Positions 32,807 to 42,043 of a stretch of DNA of 64,000 bases are shown in pieces; position 1 is the stretch's first letter; the number at the start of each line of letters is the position of its first letter. Source of the DNA: Leptobacterium flavescens (GTDB lineage: Bacteria; Bacteroidota; Bacteroidia; Flavobacteriales; Flavobacteriaceae). The stretch is taken from NCBI RefSeq assembly GCF_010671605.1, contig NZ_JAABOO010000003.1, positions 311,993 through 375,992 of the forward strand, in the 5' to 3' direction. Position numbers and translations under genes: made by a program. The notes under the pieces are model-generated. The model saw only the letters and a list, made by a program, of their open reading frames with translations. It made no database searches and was not told the DNA's origin.

Positions 32807-33901
32807 ATGAGTGAAATACGACATAACTGGACGAAAGAAGAAATTCTTGAAATATATAATAAACCATTAATGGAACTGCTTTACGAAGCAGCTTCCGTAC
32901 ACAGAAAATATCACGACCCGAATACAGTTCAGGTCTCTACCTTACTTTCCATTAAAACGGGAGGTTGCCCCGAAGATTGCGGTTATTGTCCGCAGGCGGC
33001 GCGTTACCATACCGATATTGAAGGAAACGACCTGATGACCGTACAGCAGGTAAAAGCCCAGGCACTCAGGGCAAAGGCTTCGGGAAGCTCCAGAGTTTGT
33101 ATGGGAGCAGCCTGGCGTAATGTAAAAGACGGCCCGGAATTCGATCAGGTACTGGAAATGGTACGTACGATCAATAAACTGGAAATGGAAGTATGCTGTA
33201 CCCTCGGAATGGTTACCGAGAATCAGGCTAAGCGACTTGCAGAAGCCGGACTATACGCTTATAACCACAACCTGGATACTTCCGAAGAATACTATAAGGA
33301 AGTGATCTCAACCAGAGGATACCAGGACAGACTGGATACCATAGATAATGTACGTAAGACCAATGTAACTGTTTGTAGCGGAGGGATCATAGGAATGGGA
33401 GAAAAGGTAGAGGACAGAGCAGGAATGCTGGTAGCTTTATCTACCCTGAATCCTCAGCCGGAATCGGTACCGATCAATGCGTTGGTGGCGGTAGACGGTA
33501 CTCCGATGGAAGATGAAGAACCCGTAGAGATCTGGGAAATGATAAGAATGGTGGCTGTAACCAGGATCGTAATGCCGGAAACTCAGGTACGACTTTCTGC
33601 AGGAAGAACCAACATGAGCAGAGAAGGACAGGCTATGTGTTTCTTTGCCGGAGCCAATTCTATATTTGCCGGAGATAAGCTTCTTACCACTCCCAACCCG
33701 GATGTGAATGAGGATATGGAAATGTTCAATAAACTGGGCTTAAATCCGCAGAAACCATTTACTAAAAAAGTTCAGCCTCAAACCGTAGAGGCAGAAGATT
33801 CCCAATACCAGCCAACAGGTGAAAAACCTAAATGGAGCAGACCAGGCCATACTATCGAAAGGAACGAAGAGGCCAAGGAAAAGGCCAAAATGTTAAAATA
33901 G
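32807..33901 (+). CDS. bioB: Biotin synthase (radical SAM) with a roughly 50-aa hydrophilic C-terminal extension
   Basis: CPEDCGYCPQ radical-SAM cluster motif. The ORF track starts at 32711, overlapping flotillin; the in-frame ATG at 32807 (MSEIRHNW) is more likely. Confidence 0.85.
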   Translation: MSEIRHNWTKEEILEIYNKPLMELLYEAASVHRKYHDPNTVQVSTLLSIKTGGCPEDCGYCPQAARYHTDIEGNDLMTVQQVKAQALRAKASGSSRVCMGAAWRNVKDGPEFDQVLEMVRTINKLEMEVCCTLGMVTENQAKRLAEAGLYAYNHNLDTSEEYYKEVISTRGYQDRLDTIDNVRKTNVTVCSGGIIGMGEKVEDRAGMLVALSTLNPQPESVPINALVAVDGTPMEDEEPVEIWEMIRMVAVTRIVMPETQVRLSAGRTNMSREGQAMCFFAGANSIFAGDKLLTTPNPDVNEDMEMFNKLGLNPQKPFTKKVQPQTVEAEDSQYQPTGEKPKWSRPGHTIERNEEAKEKAKMLK

Positions 33902-33952
33902 AGGCGTTTTTCGCATTTGCATAACATTTTAGAAACCTTTTTTTAATTTTGT

Positions 33953-34846
33953 TTGTCTGTTAAGGGAACATTCAATATGAATTTAAAAAAAATACCACGT
34001 GTTCATTCGATCACTAAAGAGGAATTTTTGCGGGATTATTTTAGACCACAAAAGCCTGTAGTTATTGAAGGATTTATAGAGGATTGGCCTGCTTATCAGA
34101 AATGGAACCTCGATTATATGAAGGAAATAGCCGGAGATAAAACGGTTCCGCTCTATGATGACAGACCTGTAGATTACAAAGACGGTTTTAATGAACCTCA
34201 CGCTAAGATGAAAATGAGCGACTATGTTGATCTCCTTAAGCGTGAACCCACCAAATTCAGGATCTTCCTCTGGAATATTCTGAAAGAAGTTCCCGAACTG
34301 CAAAAAGATTTCTCTTATCCCGATTTCGGGCTTCGCCTGATGAAAGGCTTACCTATGTTGTTTTTCGGAGGGAGGGATTCCTATACTTTTATGCATTACG
34401 ATATAGATCTTGCCAATATTTTTCACTTTCATTTTGAAGGGAAAAAACAATGTATCCTCTTTAATCAGGACCAGAGCAAGTATCTGTACAAGATCCCGCA
34501 TTCCCTTATTACGAGAGAGGATATAGATTTTGCGAATCCCGACTATGACAAATGGCCGGCCCTGAAGCATGCAGAAGGCTATATTGCGGAATTAGAGCAC
34601 GGAAGTATCCTGTATATGCCCGAAGGTTGGTGGCATTATATGAGATACCTTACTCCCGGTTTTTCTATGAGCCTAAGAGCTATTGCCAGAAAGCCAAAGC
34701 ACCTGAGTAAGGCGATCTATAACATATTTATAATGCGTCATTTTGATAATGCCATGAGAAGACTCAAAGGACAAGCGTGGATAGATCATAAGAACGAGCA
34801 GGCAATTTCCCGTACCCATAAAAAACTGGGGATCATAGCCGGATAA
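33953..34846 (+). CDS. Cupin-like / JmjC-domain protein
   Basis: HYDIDLANIFHFHFEGKK…WWHYMRYL: His/Asp…His facial-triad-like pattern of JmjC/cupin hydroxylases. Confidence 0.55.
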   Translation: MSVKGTFNMNLKKIPRVHSITKEEFLRDYFRPQKPVVIEGFIEDWPAYQKWNLDYMKEIAGDKTVPLYDDRPVDYKDGFNEPHAKMKMSDYVDLLKREPTKFRIFLWNILKEVPELQKDFSYPDFGLRLMKGLPMLFFGGRDSYTFMHYDIDLANIFHFHFEGKKQCILFNQDQSKYLYKIPHSLITREDIDFANPDYDKWPALKHAEGYIAELEHGSILYMPEGWWHYMRYLTPGFSMSLRAIARKPKHLSKAIYNIFIMRHFDNAMRRLKGQAWIDHKNEQAISRTHKKLGIIAG

Positions 34847-34854
34847 ACCTGTAT

Positions 34855-35652
34855 TTAAAGCTCATCCAGTAATTTTCCTGCTTCGGCATAATTAAAATTG
34901 GAGGGATCTTCCAGGATCTTTTTCAATACTTCTTCCGCTTTCTTTTTATTGTCCATTTTAAGGTATACCAGGGCCTTGAACCATTGTGCCTTGGAGCGGT
35001 CAAGAGCATCCGAATGCAGTAGCAGATCCAGTTCTCCTAAAGCTTTGTCGTAGCTGCCGGTCTGTAAATAGGACAGCCCGAGATAAAGATGTACGGCCGG
35101 ATCGGTTTCGGAAACAGTTTTTTTGTAGGCTTCAAAAAGATTGACCGCTTCGAAAAAATTGGAATCCCGAAAAGCTATAACCCCTCTGTTCAATTCATCC
35201 CCTGTTGCTCCCCGTTTAATTACCGAGGGAAGGTCGTCGGTACTGTAGTATTTTGCAAACAGTTCCTGCGGATTGCTCTCCTGCGTAAATATAAGTGCCA
35301 GGGAACTGATGATCAGAAGTCCTGCGATAGCAGCAGCCATCATAAAATACCTTCTTCTCCTGGCTTTTACAGCATCTTTCCTGTATTCATTTTGCACTTT
35401 GCGAAGCTTCTCTTCAACAGATCTTGCCTCATCACTCTCTAAAAAGCTCCGGAGATTTCCGGTATATTCATTTTCCGGGACCTCTTCCACAGAAGTGTTA
35501 TCGGTCAGATAAAGGTTAATTTCCCGGGCGAGTGTTACCTCCCTGAGGAGTTCTTCATTTTCCTCCATTTGCTTTTCAAAAAGCAGTGCTTCTTCCGGGG
35601 GCATGGTATTTCCCAGATATGCTTCTATTTTCATTTTCAGATCATCGTTCAT
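34855..35652 (-). CDS. Putative anti-sigma factor (single TM, periplasmic TPR-like domain)
   Basis: Overlaps the ECF sigma stop. The TM segment is MMAAAIAGLLIISSLALIF. C-terminal TPR-like helices. Confidence 0.45.
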   Translation of the reverse strand: MNDDLKMKIEAYLGNTMPPEEALLFEKQMEENEELLREVTLAREINLYLTDNTSVEEVPENEYTGNLRSFLESDEARSVEEKLRKVQNEYRKDAVKARRRRYFMMAAAIAGLLIISSLALIFTQESNPQELFAKYYSTDDLPSVIKRGATGDELNRGVIAFRDSNFFEAVNLFEAYKKTVSETDPAVHLYLGLSYLQTGSYDKALGELDLLLHSDALDRSKAQWFKALVYLKMDNKKKAEEVLKKILEDPSNFNYAEAGKLLDEL

Positions 35653-36218
35653 GATGTATATAAATTTTTATACCTGGGATCGGTTTTAATTAATTCCGTT
35701 AGCTTTTTTTTGCATTTATGAACCCTCTGGAATGCTGCATTTTCAGTAGCATAGGAGAATTTCTTCACTATGATATTGTAAGGGACTTTATTGAAATAGG
35801 CCTTTAACAATTTAGAGCAATTTTCTGATAAACGGTTGATCATTTCTTCAAATAATTCCCAGCGTTCCTGTTGGATAACAGCTGCCAGATGATTATCGTC
35901 TTTTTCTTTTAGTTCAAAAAACCCCTCATTTCTTATCTCTTTTTTTCTTTTATTGAGTTCTTTTAACCACAAATTCCTGCAGATCGTAAAAAAATAAGCC
36001 TCAAAAGAAGACTTTATCAACACTTCCTTTACTTTGGCCCGGCTGATCAGTTGAAACAGTCCGTTGTGAAAAACTTCTTCCGCATCGTTGGCCGTGCCTT
36101 TATTGTTCTTTACATAAGACAAAACTTTAGGGTACAGGCTGTCGTAAAGTAAGCGTATAGTCAATTCATCACCGTTCAAAAGTGCTTTGATAGTGGGATG
36201 CGTTGAGGAGGGCTCCAT
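35649..36218 (-). CDS. RNA polymerase ECF-type sigma-70 factor
   Basis: Sigma-70 region 2 (…FEAYFFTICRNLWLKE…) and region 4 HTH. 189 aa. Confidence 0.8.
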   Translation of the reverse strand: MEPSSTHPTIKALLNGDELTIRLLYDSLYPKVLSYVKNNKGTANDAEEVFHNGLFQLISRAKVKEVLIKSSFEAYFFTICRNLWLKELNKRKKEIRNEGFFELKEKDDNHLAAVIQQERWELFEEMINRLSENCSKLLKAYFNKVPYNIIVKKFSYATENAAFQRVHKCKKKLTELIKTDPRYKNLYTS

Positions 36219-36350
36219 AAATTTTTTATCTATTAAAGGGTAAGATTTAAAATTAACAATAACTAATAACTAAAGTACAGTTTTTAAATTTTTTTAGGTA
36301 AAATCCTTTAAAATTTAGAGATTTATAGTATTAACCATCAATTTTATTTT

Positions 36351-36716
36351 ATGAAAAAAAAGGTTTTAGCGCTCTTTTCGGCCATTCTGTTAATTGCGGG
36401 ATGCTCTGAAGAAGAGATAATTGAGCCGGTAGAAACGGTAAATGTAGAAACTTCTGTCCAGAGCCTGGAAGCAGAAAGAGGATTGCAGATAAATGGCCTG
36501 GGAGGGACCACTATCCAGATACACTATAATCACAGTCTGACGATAAGCGAGATCGAAGATATCCGGAGGGAGTATTTCCTGGCTTTTCCCTGCCTGGATA
36601 TGTGCATTCTTCAGCCTACCGATCCTTATCAGGATGTCTGGTGCCACGATTGTAAAGCCGGAGATGAAAATGAAGTACAACAGACGGTAGCCAATGATCC
36701 CAGATTAGGAGATTAA
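36351..36716 (+). CDS. Small lipoprotein with 4-Cys C-terminal segment
   Basis: Lipobox LIAGCSEEE. CLDMCILQ…WCHDCKAG. Confidence 0.4.
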   Translation: MKKKVLALFSAILLIAGCSEEEIIEPVETVNVETSVQSLEAERGLQINGLGGTTIQIHYNHSLTISEIEDIRREYFLAFPCLDMCILQPTDPYQDVWCHDCKAGDENEVQQTVANDPRLGD

Positions 36717-36744
36717 TACGAATAATTCCCATTTTAAAATATCA

Positions 36745-39504
36745 ATGAAAGACAGACAGGGTCACTCATATCGATTCATCAGGAACGCTTGCTGGGTGAT
36801 CCTGTTTTTTTCCGGTTCTCTTTTTTCCCAGGGAGTGGGGGAATTAAAACGAATTACAGCCGCAAAATTTTCAACGGAAGAAAAAATTGCCAAAATAGAT
36901 TCGCTGATCCTTCTGTACGAAAAGGAAAAAAATGATTCTTTGGAGTATGTATATGAAAGGTATGCGGATTGGTTGTATGATGTGAGAGGATTAAAGAGTG
37001 CCATCCCCTATTTAAATAAAACACTGGACCTTGCAACATCAAGGCCAGTTAAGGACAGTACGTTTATACAGAATAGTGCCTTGTTCCTGGCATTTTGCTA
37101 TAATATTAACAAGCAATATCACAAAAGTATTGCGGCCAGCAGGGAGGTACTTCTTATAAATGACAAGAATAGAGCTGCTGTAAGAACCTATGATCAGCTG
37201 GGTTTTGCTTATTCCAGGATCCCCGACTACTACAAATCCCTGGAGAATTATGAACTGTACGCTTCCCTGATCAGGGTTGACGAAAAAAGAATAAGATCCC
37301 TCAGAAAAGCTCACAAAAATATCATTGCCGTATGCCTGGATATCAATACAGCTGAGAGCTTCAGAAAGGGCTTGAAATATGCCATGACTGCCGATTCCCT
37401 TTCTTCCGTATATCCGATTGATTCTGCCACTCTTTATGAGACCAAACTAAACCTGGCAACACTGTATAATCAGTATGAAACACTGGATATCGGGAAGGCA
37501 TTCGGATATTATAATGAGGCCCTGGAGATCGCCAAAAAGGTAAAAGATACTTCCAAAATAAGGGATATTTATATGCTTATCGGGAATCTGTTTAACCAGA
37601 CCGAACCCGACAGATCCCTGGAATATCTGGAGAAAGCCCTGGTACTGGCCGAACCGGAAAAAGATCCGTTTAACAGCTACCAGATCTATTCCAATATCAG
37701 CTTTACCCACGGACTGAATGAGGAGTATGAAAAAAGCCTGGAATACACACATAAAAGCCTGGAGTATCTGATAGGAGATAACCTCAGGGATCATAAAAGC
37801 ATTAACCGTAACCTCTTTATAAATTCTGACTATAAAGAAAACCTCCTCAATGCATTACCCAAGCTGGGGGAGACCTATCTTAAGTATTATGAAAAAACCG
37901 GAGATCCGGAATTCCTGGATAAGAGTATACATTATTTTAAAGAGACCGATTATGTGATCGATCTGCTGAAAATAAACAGCAGGGAATTCAGATCCCGCCT
38001 CTTCTGGCGCAAATTAAGCACAGATATTTACGGGAAAGCTATCAGGGCCTGTTATTTGAAAGGAAATATTGAGGATACTTTTTACTTTATGGAGAAAAAC
38101 AAGGCACTCCTGCTTCAGGAGGATATAAATACTCAGCAATTCAAAAAGTCCCTGGAGTTACCCGACTCGATCATCCGACGGGAAGAAACCCTGAGAAGAA
38201 AATTATTCGGGATAGAAAACGCCTTAAAAGAAACAAAAGAAGTAACTGTGCTCGATTCTCTTAAAAAAGAACTGATCGACCGCAAAAGAGAACTTTCTAT
38301 CCTTCAGGACAGCATAGGCCCTAAGGAAGGCGTTGCAGGCCTGGAACCGATTATTTTGGACCTGGATGCTGTAAAGAAAAAAATAAAGGAAGATGAGGTG
38401 GTATTGGAGTATCATATATCTATTGATGACGGATACGGAATATACACCAACAGGGAGAAAGGGTATTTGCTGATGATCACCCAAAGTGAAACACGGCTCT
38501 TTGAGATCCCGGACCTTCCTTCTTTAAAAGAGGAAATTACCTCCCTGCTGAGGTATTTTGAAAGCCCCTTCCGGACCAATGGGGAGATATCCGATTTTAC
38601 TGCTCTGTCAAACCGGGTCTTTAAACGCCTGCTCCCATCGGAAGAGATCCGCCTAAGCATTAAAAACAAAAAGCTGACGATTGTACCAGATAGTTATCTG
38701 TCTCTCCTGCCTTTTGAAGCGCTTTCGGTTTCGGAAGATAAGCTGTCTTATCTGATCCGGGATTGTGATATTCACTATTTGTATTCAAATTCGTTTCTCG
38801 AAGGAATGGAAAGGTCGAAACATGTAGAAAATAATTTTCTGGGAGTGGCTCCTTCTGATTTTAATGATAAGGAACTGTTACCCCTCCAGAATAACAAACA
38901 GGAACTTTTAAGCCTGGAGCAATATTACAGGGGAAGATCACTGATAAGCGGGGAAGCTTCCAAAGAGAACTTTCTGGAAGCCCTGTCCGGTTCCGGGATC
39001 ATTCACCTTGCAACCCATGCCAATGCAGAGGAATCGTCTGATCCGTGGATCGCTTTTAATGATGAAAAATTAAAGCTGGAAGAATTATACCTCACTGCAA
39101 ATAATGCTTCTTTAGTGGTGCTGAGCGGATGTAATACCTCATTAGGGAAACTGGAAACCGGAGAAGGGGTGATGAGCCTGGCCCGCGGATTCTTTTATTC
39201 GGGCTCCCGCAGCGTAATTTCAAGCTTGTGGAGTATAGACGATAAATCGACTTCCTTTATAGTTGATGAGTTTTACAGGAATACAAGTTCAGGCCAGTCC
39301 AAATCTCAGGCATTACGCAATGCCAAATTAAAATACCTGGACACCTACAGCCATTCGGAAGCATCTCCTCATTACTGGGCATCTCTTATTCTTTTGGGAG
39401 AGGACGACCTTTTAAAAGGAACACCTTTTAACTGGATACCATATCTGCTGATAGCGGCTCTCCTTCTGATCTTTTTTATAGCTTTCAGGTACTTCCGGAG
39501 GTAA
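36745..39504 (+). CDS. TPR-repeat protein with CHAT (caspase-like, clan CD) domain and C-terminal TM anchor
   Basis: Signal/TM at the N-terminus, many TPR-like helices. CHAT His-Cys dyad context IIHLATHA… and VVLSGCNTSLG. C-terminal helix WIPYLLIAALLLIFFIAF. Confidence 0.75.
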   Translation: MKDRQGHSYRFIRNACWVILFFSGSLFSQGVGELKRITAAKFSTEEKIAKIDSLILLYEKEKNDSLEYVYERYADWLYDVRGLKSAIPYLNKTLDLATSRPVKDSTFIQNSALFLAFCYNINKQYHKSIAASREVLLINDKNRAAVRTYDQLGFAYSRIPDYYKSLENYELYASLIRVDEKRIRSLRKAHKNIIAVCLDINTAESFRKGLKYAMTADSLSSVYPIDSATLYETKLNLATLYNQYETLDIGKAFGYYNEALEIAKKVKDTSKIRDIYMLIGNLFNQTEPDRSLEYLEKALVLAEPEKDPFNSYQIYSNISFTHGLNEEYEKSLEYTHKSLEYLIGDNLRDHKSINRNLFINSDYKENLLNALPKLGETYLKYYEKTGDPEFLDKSIHYFKETDYVIDLLKINSREFRSRLFWRKLSTDIYGKAIRACYLKGNIEDTFYFMEKNKALLLQEDINTQQFKKSLELPDSIIRREETLRRKLFGIENALKETKEVTVLDSLKKELIDRKRELSILQDSIGPKEGVAGLEPIILDLDAVKKKIKEDEVVLEYHISIDDGYGIYTNREKGYLLMITQSETRLFEIPDLPSLKEEITSLLRYFESPFRTNGEISDFTALSNRVFKRLLPSEEIRLSIKNKKLTIVPDSYLSLLPFEALSVSEDKLSYLIRDCDIHYLYSNSFLEGMERSKHVENNFLGVAPSDFNDKELLPLQNNKQELLSLEQYYRGRSLISGEASKENFLEALSGSGIIHLATHANAEESSDPWIAFNDEKLKLEELYLTANNASLVVLSGCNTSLGKLETGEGVMSLARGFFYSGSRSVISSLWSIDDKSTSFIVDEFYRNTSSGQSKSQALRNAKLKYLDTYSHSEASPHYWASLILLGEDDLLKGTPFNWIPYLLIAALLLIFFIAFRYFRR

Positions 39505-39609
39505 TTGCCTTTTTCAAATATCTGCCGGGTCGAAAAAAATATCCTTTTTTTTAAAAAACAGGGTAAGAAATCGGTTTTCAGGGAACAATGAAGTATAAAG
39601 CCTGGAAAT

Positions 39610-41193
39610 ATGAACGAACTCATCCTGCAATTACTTCACAGATCCCATGTATTTCACATAGATAAAAACGATCTGGAACTTCAGTTGATCTCTCACTCTG
39701 CGTACCCCAGCCTGAAAGCGGTAACCGATACTCTCGATTATTTTGGAATAGAAAATATAGCAGCAAATGTTCCGGTAGATGCCCTGGATCAGCTGCCGGA
39801 GAATTTCCTGGCGCTTATAGATGAAGAAGGCGAGACGGAACTGGTATTGGTCAAAAGAAAAAAAACAGATATCCACCTGAAGACCGGAGCCGGAAAAAAA
39901 GTAAAAATGCCGGCCCGGGAATTTGTAAACAAATGGACAGGAACCATCATTGCCGTTGAAAAAGAAGAGAAAAAAGAAAAGGATGCTGTTTTAAAGCAAA
40001 TAGATCTGAAGCTGGTATTCGCAGGATTTGCGGCTTTAACCGTGTTACTGACTATTACCCTGAATGGAGAGATCGTCCGGGCATTATATGTGCTGCTGGC
40101 TTTTCTCGGACTTGGGGTAAGCTATTTTACGGTGAAGAGCGACCTGGGTATAGAAGACAGATTAGTGACCAGGGTGTGTACTGCCATTTCCGGAAAGGGA
40201 GAAGGTTGTAAAGGGGTTATTAACTCTCGTGAAGGCAAACTGTTCAACGCGGTTGGCCTGAGCGATATATCGGTAATATATTTTGCCGGTATCATGGTGG
40301 TCCAGGCAATTGCAGGATTTGACAAAGCTTTCTTCAGCTTACTGTCTTTATGCGCTTTACCGTTTATTGCCTTTTCTCTCTATCTGCAGGCTTTTAAATT
40401 AAAACAATGGTGTTCTTTATGCATAGTAATATCCTCAGTATTGATCTCCCAGTTTGTCCTCCTGTCATTTGGTTCTGCAAACTGGGATCTTTCTTTGAAA
40501 TACCTTTTTAATGCAGGTCTGATCTTTCTTATGGTAGCGGGCGGATGGTATTTGCTGAAAAACCTATGGAAAGACAGGGTTCAGTACAGGGCTACTCTTA
40601 AGGAATTTTACACTTTTAAAAGAAACGGAGACCTTTTTCTTTCTGCCTTAAAAAGCAGGGAGCCGATGACGCAAAATGCACTGGAAAGCCATCACGGACT
40701 TCTTTTTGGCCATCCGAAGGCATCGATCAGGATAACGGCAATTACCAATCCGCTTTGCGGTTTCTGTGAAGAACCTTTTAAAGTATATAGCGGATTATTA
40801 AAAGATCAACCGGAAGAAATACAGCTCCATCTTATTTTCAATGTTCCCGACAATGAGGAGAATAAAGCTACTCAGATCGGATTGAAGATCCTCTCCCTTT
40901 ACGAACAGAACAGGGCCAAGGCTTTTGAAGCTCTGGAGAAGTGGTTTTACAACCGGGATATCGATGCCTGGCTGAAGATCTATGAAAATATCAATATTAG
41001 CCCTCAGGCCCGGGAAATGGCAGAAAAACAGCGACAATGGTGTGCGGACCAGGCCATTAATTATACCCCGGAAACCATTGTTAACTCCTACTACTTTCCT
41101 AAAAGGCAGTATAAAATAGAAGACCTCCGGTTTTTTACCGAAAACCTCAGGGAGCTCAATGTAGAAAGCAGGAAAAGCGGTACTGCTGTCTGA
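39610..41193 (+). CDS. Three-domain protein: N-terminal peptidase-C39-like domain (catalytic Cys to Ser), VKOR-family membrane core, C-terminal thioredoxin/DsbA-like domain
   Basis: N-terminal LQLISHSAYPSLKAVTDTLDYFGI aligns to the C39 QxDxxDCGxACL…YG motif with Ser at the Cys position. VKOR loop Cys pair VCTAISGKGEGC. TM CxxC WCSLC. Trx-fold CxxC NPLCGFCEE. Confidence 0.75.
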   Translation: MNELILQLLHRSHVFHIDKNDLELQLISHSAYPSLKAVTDTLDYFGIENIAANVPVDALDQLPENFLALIDEEGETELVLVKRKKTDIHLKTGAGKKVKMPAREFVNKWTGTIIAVEKEEKKEKDAVLKQIDLKLVFAGFAALTVLLTITLNGEIVRALYVLLAFLGLGVSYFTVKSDLGIEDRLVTRVCTAISGKGEGCKGVINSREGKLFNAVGLSDISVIYFAGIMVVQAIAGFDKAFFSLLSLCALPFIAFSLYLQAFKLKQWCSLCIVISSVLISQFVLLSFGSANWDLSLKYLFNAGLIFLMVAGGWYLLKNLWKDRVQYRATLKEFYTFKRNGDLFLSALKSREPMTQNALESHHGLLFGHPKASIRITAITNPLCGFCEEPFKVYSGLLKDQPEEIQLHLIFNVPDNEENKATQIGLKILSLYEQNRAKAFEALEKWFYNRDIDAWLKIYENINISPQAREMAEKQRQWCADQAINYTPETIVNSYYFPKRQYKIEDLRFFTENLRELNVESRKSGTAV

Positions 41194-41282
41194 AAAGAAG
41201 GATAAAATAACCTGCGCAGGGAAGACACAAGTCCCAAGTGTCTATAAATGTTTGGGAACCGATTAATCTTTAAACTTTAATT

Positions 41283-41465
41283 ATGTTAAAAAACATTTTA
41301 AAACTGGAAGGAACTCAGGAATTGGGTAAAAACGAACAGCGTCAAATCAGTGGTGGAGTGTCCGGCGGGCCGATTTACTGCGACTCCGATGCAGATTGTG
41401 CTATTGTATGCGGAAAGTGCGTAGGCTTCGGGATTTGCCTTCATGCTGTACCTGCCTGTGCTTAA
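41283..41465 (+). CDS. Double-glycine-leader precursor peptide, 6-Cys core (bacteriocin/RiPP-like)
   Basis: Leader MLKNILKLEGTQELGKNEQRQISGG fits L(-12) E(-8) I(-4) G(-2) G(-1). Core VSGGPIYCDSDADCAIVCGKCVGFGICLHAVPACA. Confidence 0.6.
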   Translation: MLKNILKLEGTQELGKNEQRQISGGVSGGPIYCDSDADCAIVCGKCVGFGICLHAVPACA

Positions 41466-41565
41466 ATAAATGGTTAAGGGAACAGACAACCTCAATAGTT
41501 TATTGGGGTTGTTTGTATTGATTTTACTCGATCACTTCAGATAAGCTAATTCTAAATTCAACGAT

Positions 41566-41748
41566 ATGGTAAAAGCAATTTTAAGTTTTGCTGAGGAACT
41601 CGGCAAAGAACAACAAAAAAGTATTATAGGGGGCGGGAACACATATACGGAGCGGCAATGTGCCACGCATAGTGATTGCCCTCCGGGTTACTGCTGTAAT
41701 GACCCCAGAACGGGCATATGTGAGCCATCTGGCGGTGCATGCAGGTAA
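41566..41748 (+). CDS. Double-glycine-leader precursor peptide, 6-Cys core
   Basis: Leader …FAEELGKEQQKSIIGG. Core GNTYTERQCATHSDCPPGYCCNDPRTGICEPSGGACR. Confidence 0.55.
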   Translation: MVKAILSFAEELGKEQQKSIIGGGNTYTERQCATHSDCPPGYCCNDPRTGICEPSGGACR

Positions 41749-41815
41749 AAGACCAGACACAAACCCCGGGTGTCTTTAAATGTTCGGGGAATAGCTAATT
41801 TAAAATTCAAACATC

Positions 41816-42043
41816 ATGTTAAAAAACATTTTAAATGTAAAAGGAGTTCAGCAACTCAGCAAAGATGAGCAAAGAGCCATCGGAGGTGGGATGCTTGGAG
41901 TACAGTGTAACACTTTAAGCCAGTGCTCTCTTAATTGCAACGGAAGTACCGAAGAGTGTGTTGCAATAAGTATTCCTACAGGCGGAGGCCTGATAGAGCA
42001 CGTCGTATGTTACGAATGTGTAAGTACAATTAACCACCAGTAA
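41816..42043 (+). CDS. Double-glycine-leader precursor peptide, 6-Cys core
   Basis: Leader MLKNILNVKGVQQLSKDEQRAIGGG (LSxxE…I.GG consensus). Core MLGVQCNTLSQCSLNCNGSTEECVAISIPTGGGLIEHVVCYECVSTINHQ. Confidence 0.6.
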   Translation: MLKNILNVKGVQQLSKDEQRAIGGGMLGVQCNTLSQCSLNCNGSTEECVAISIPTGGGLIEHVVCYECVSTINHQ

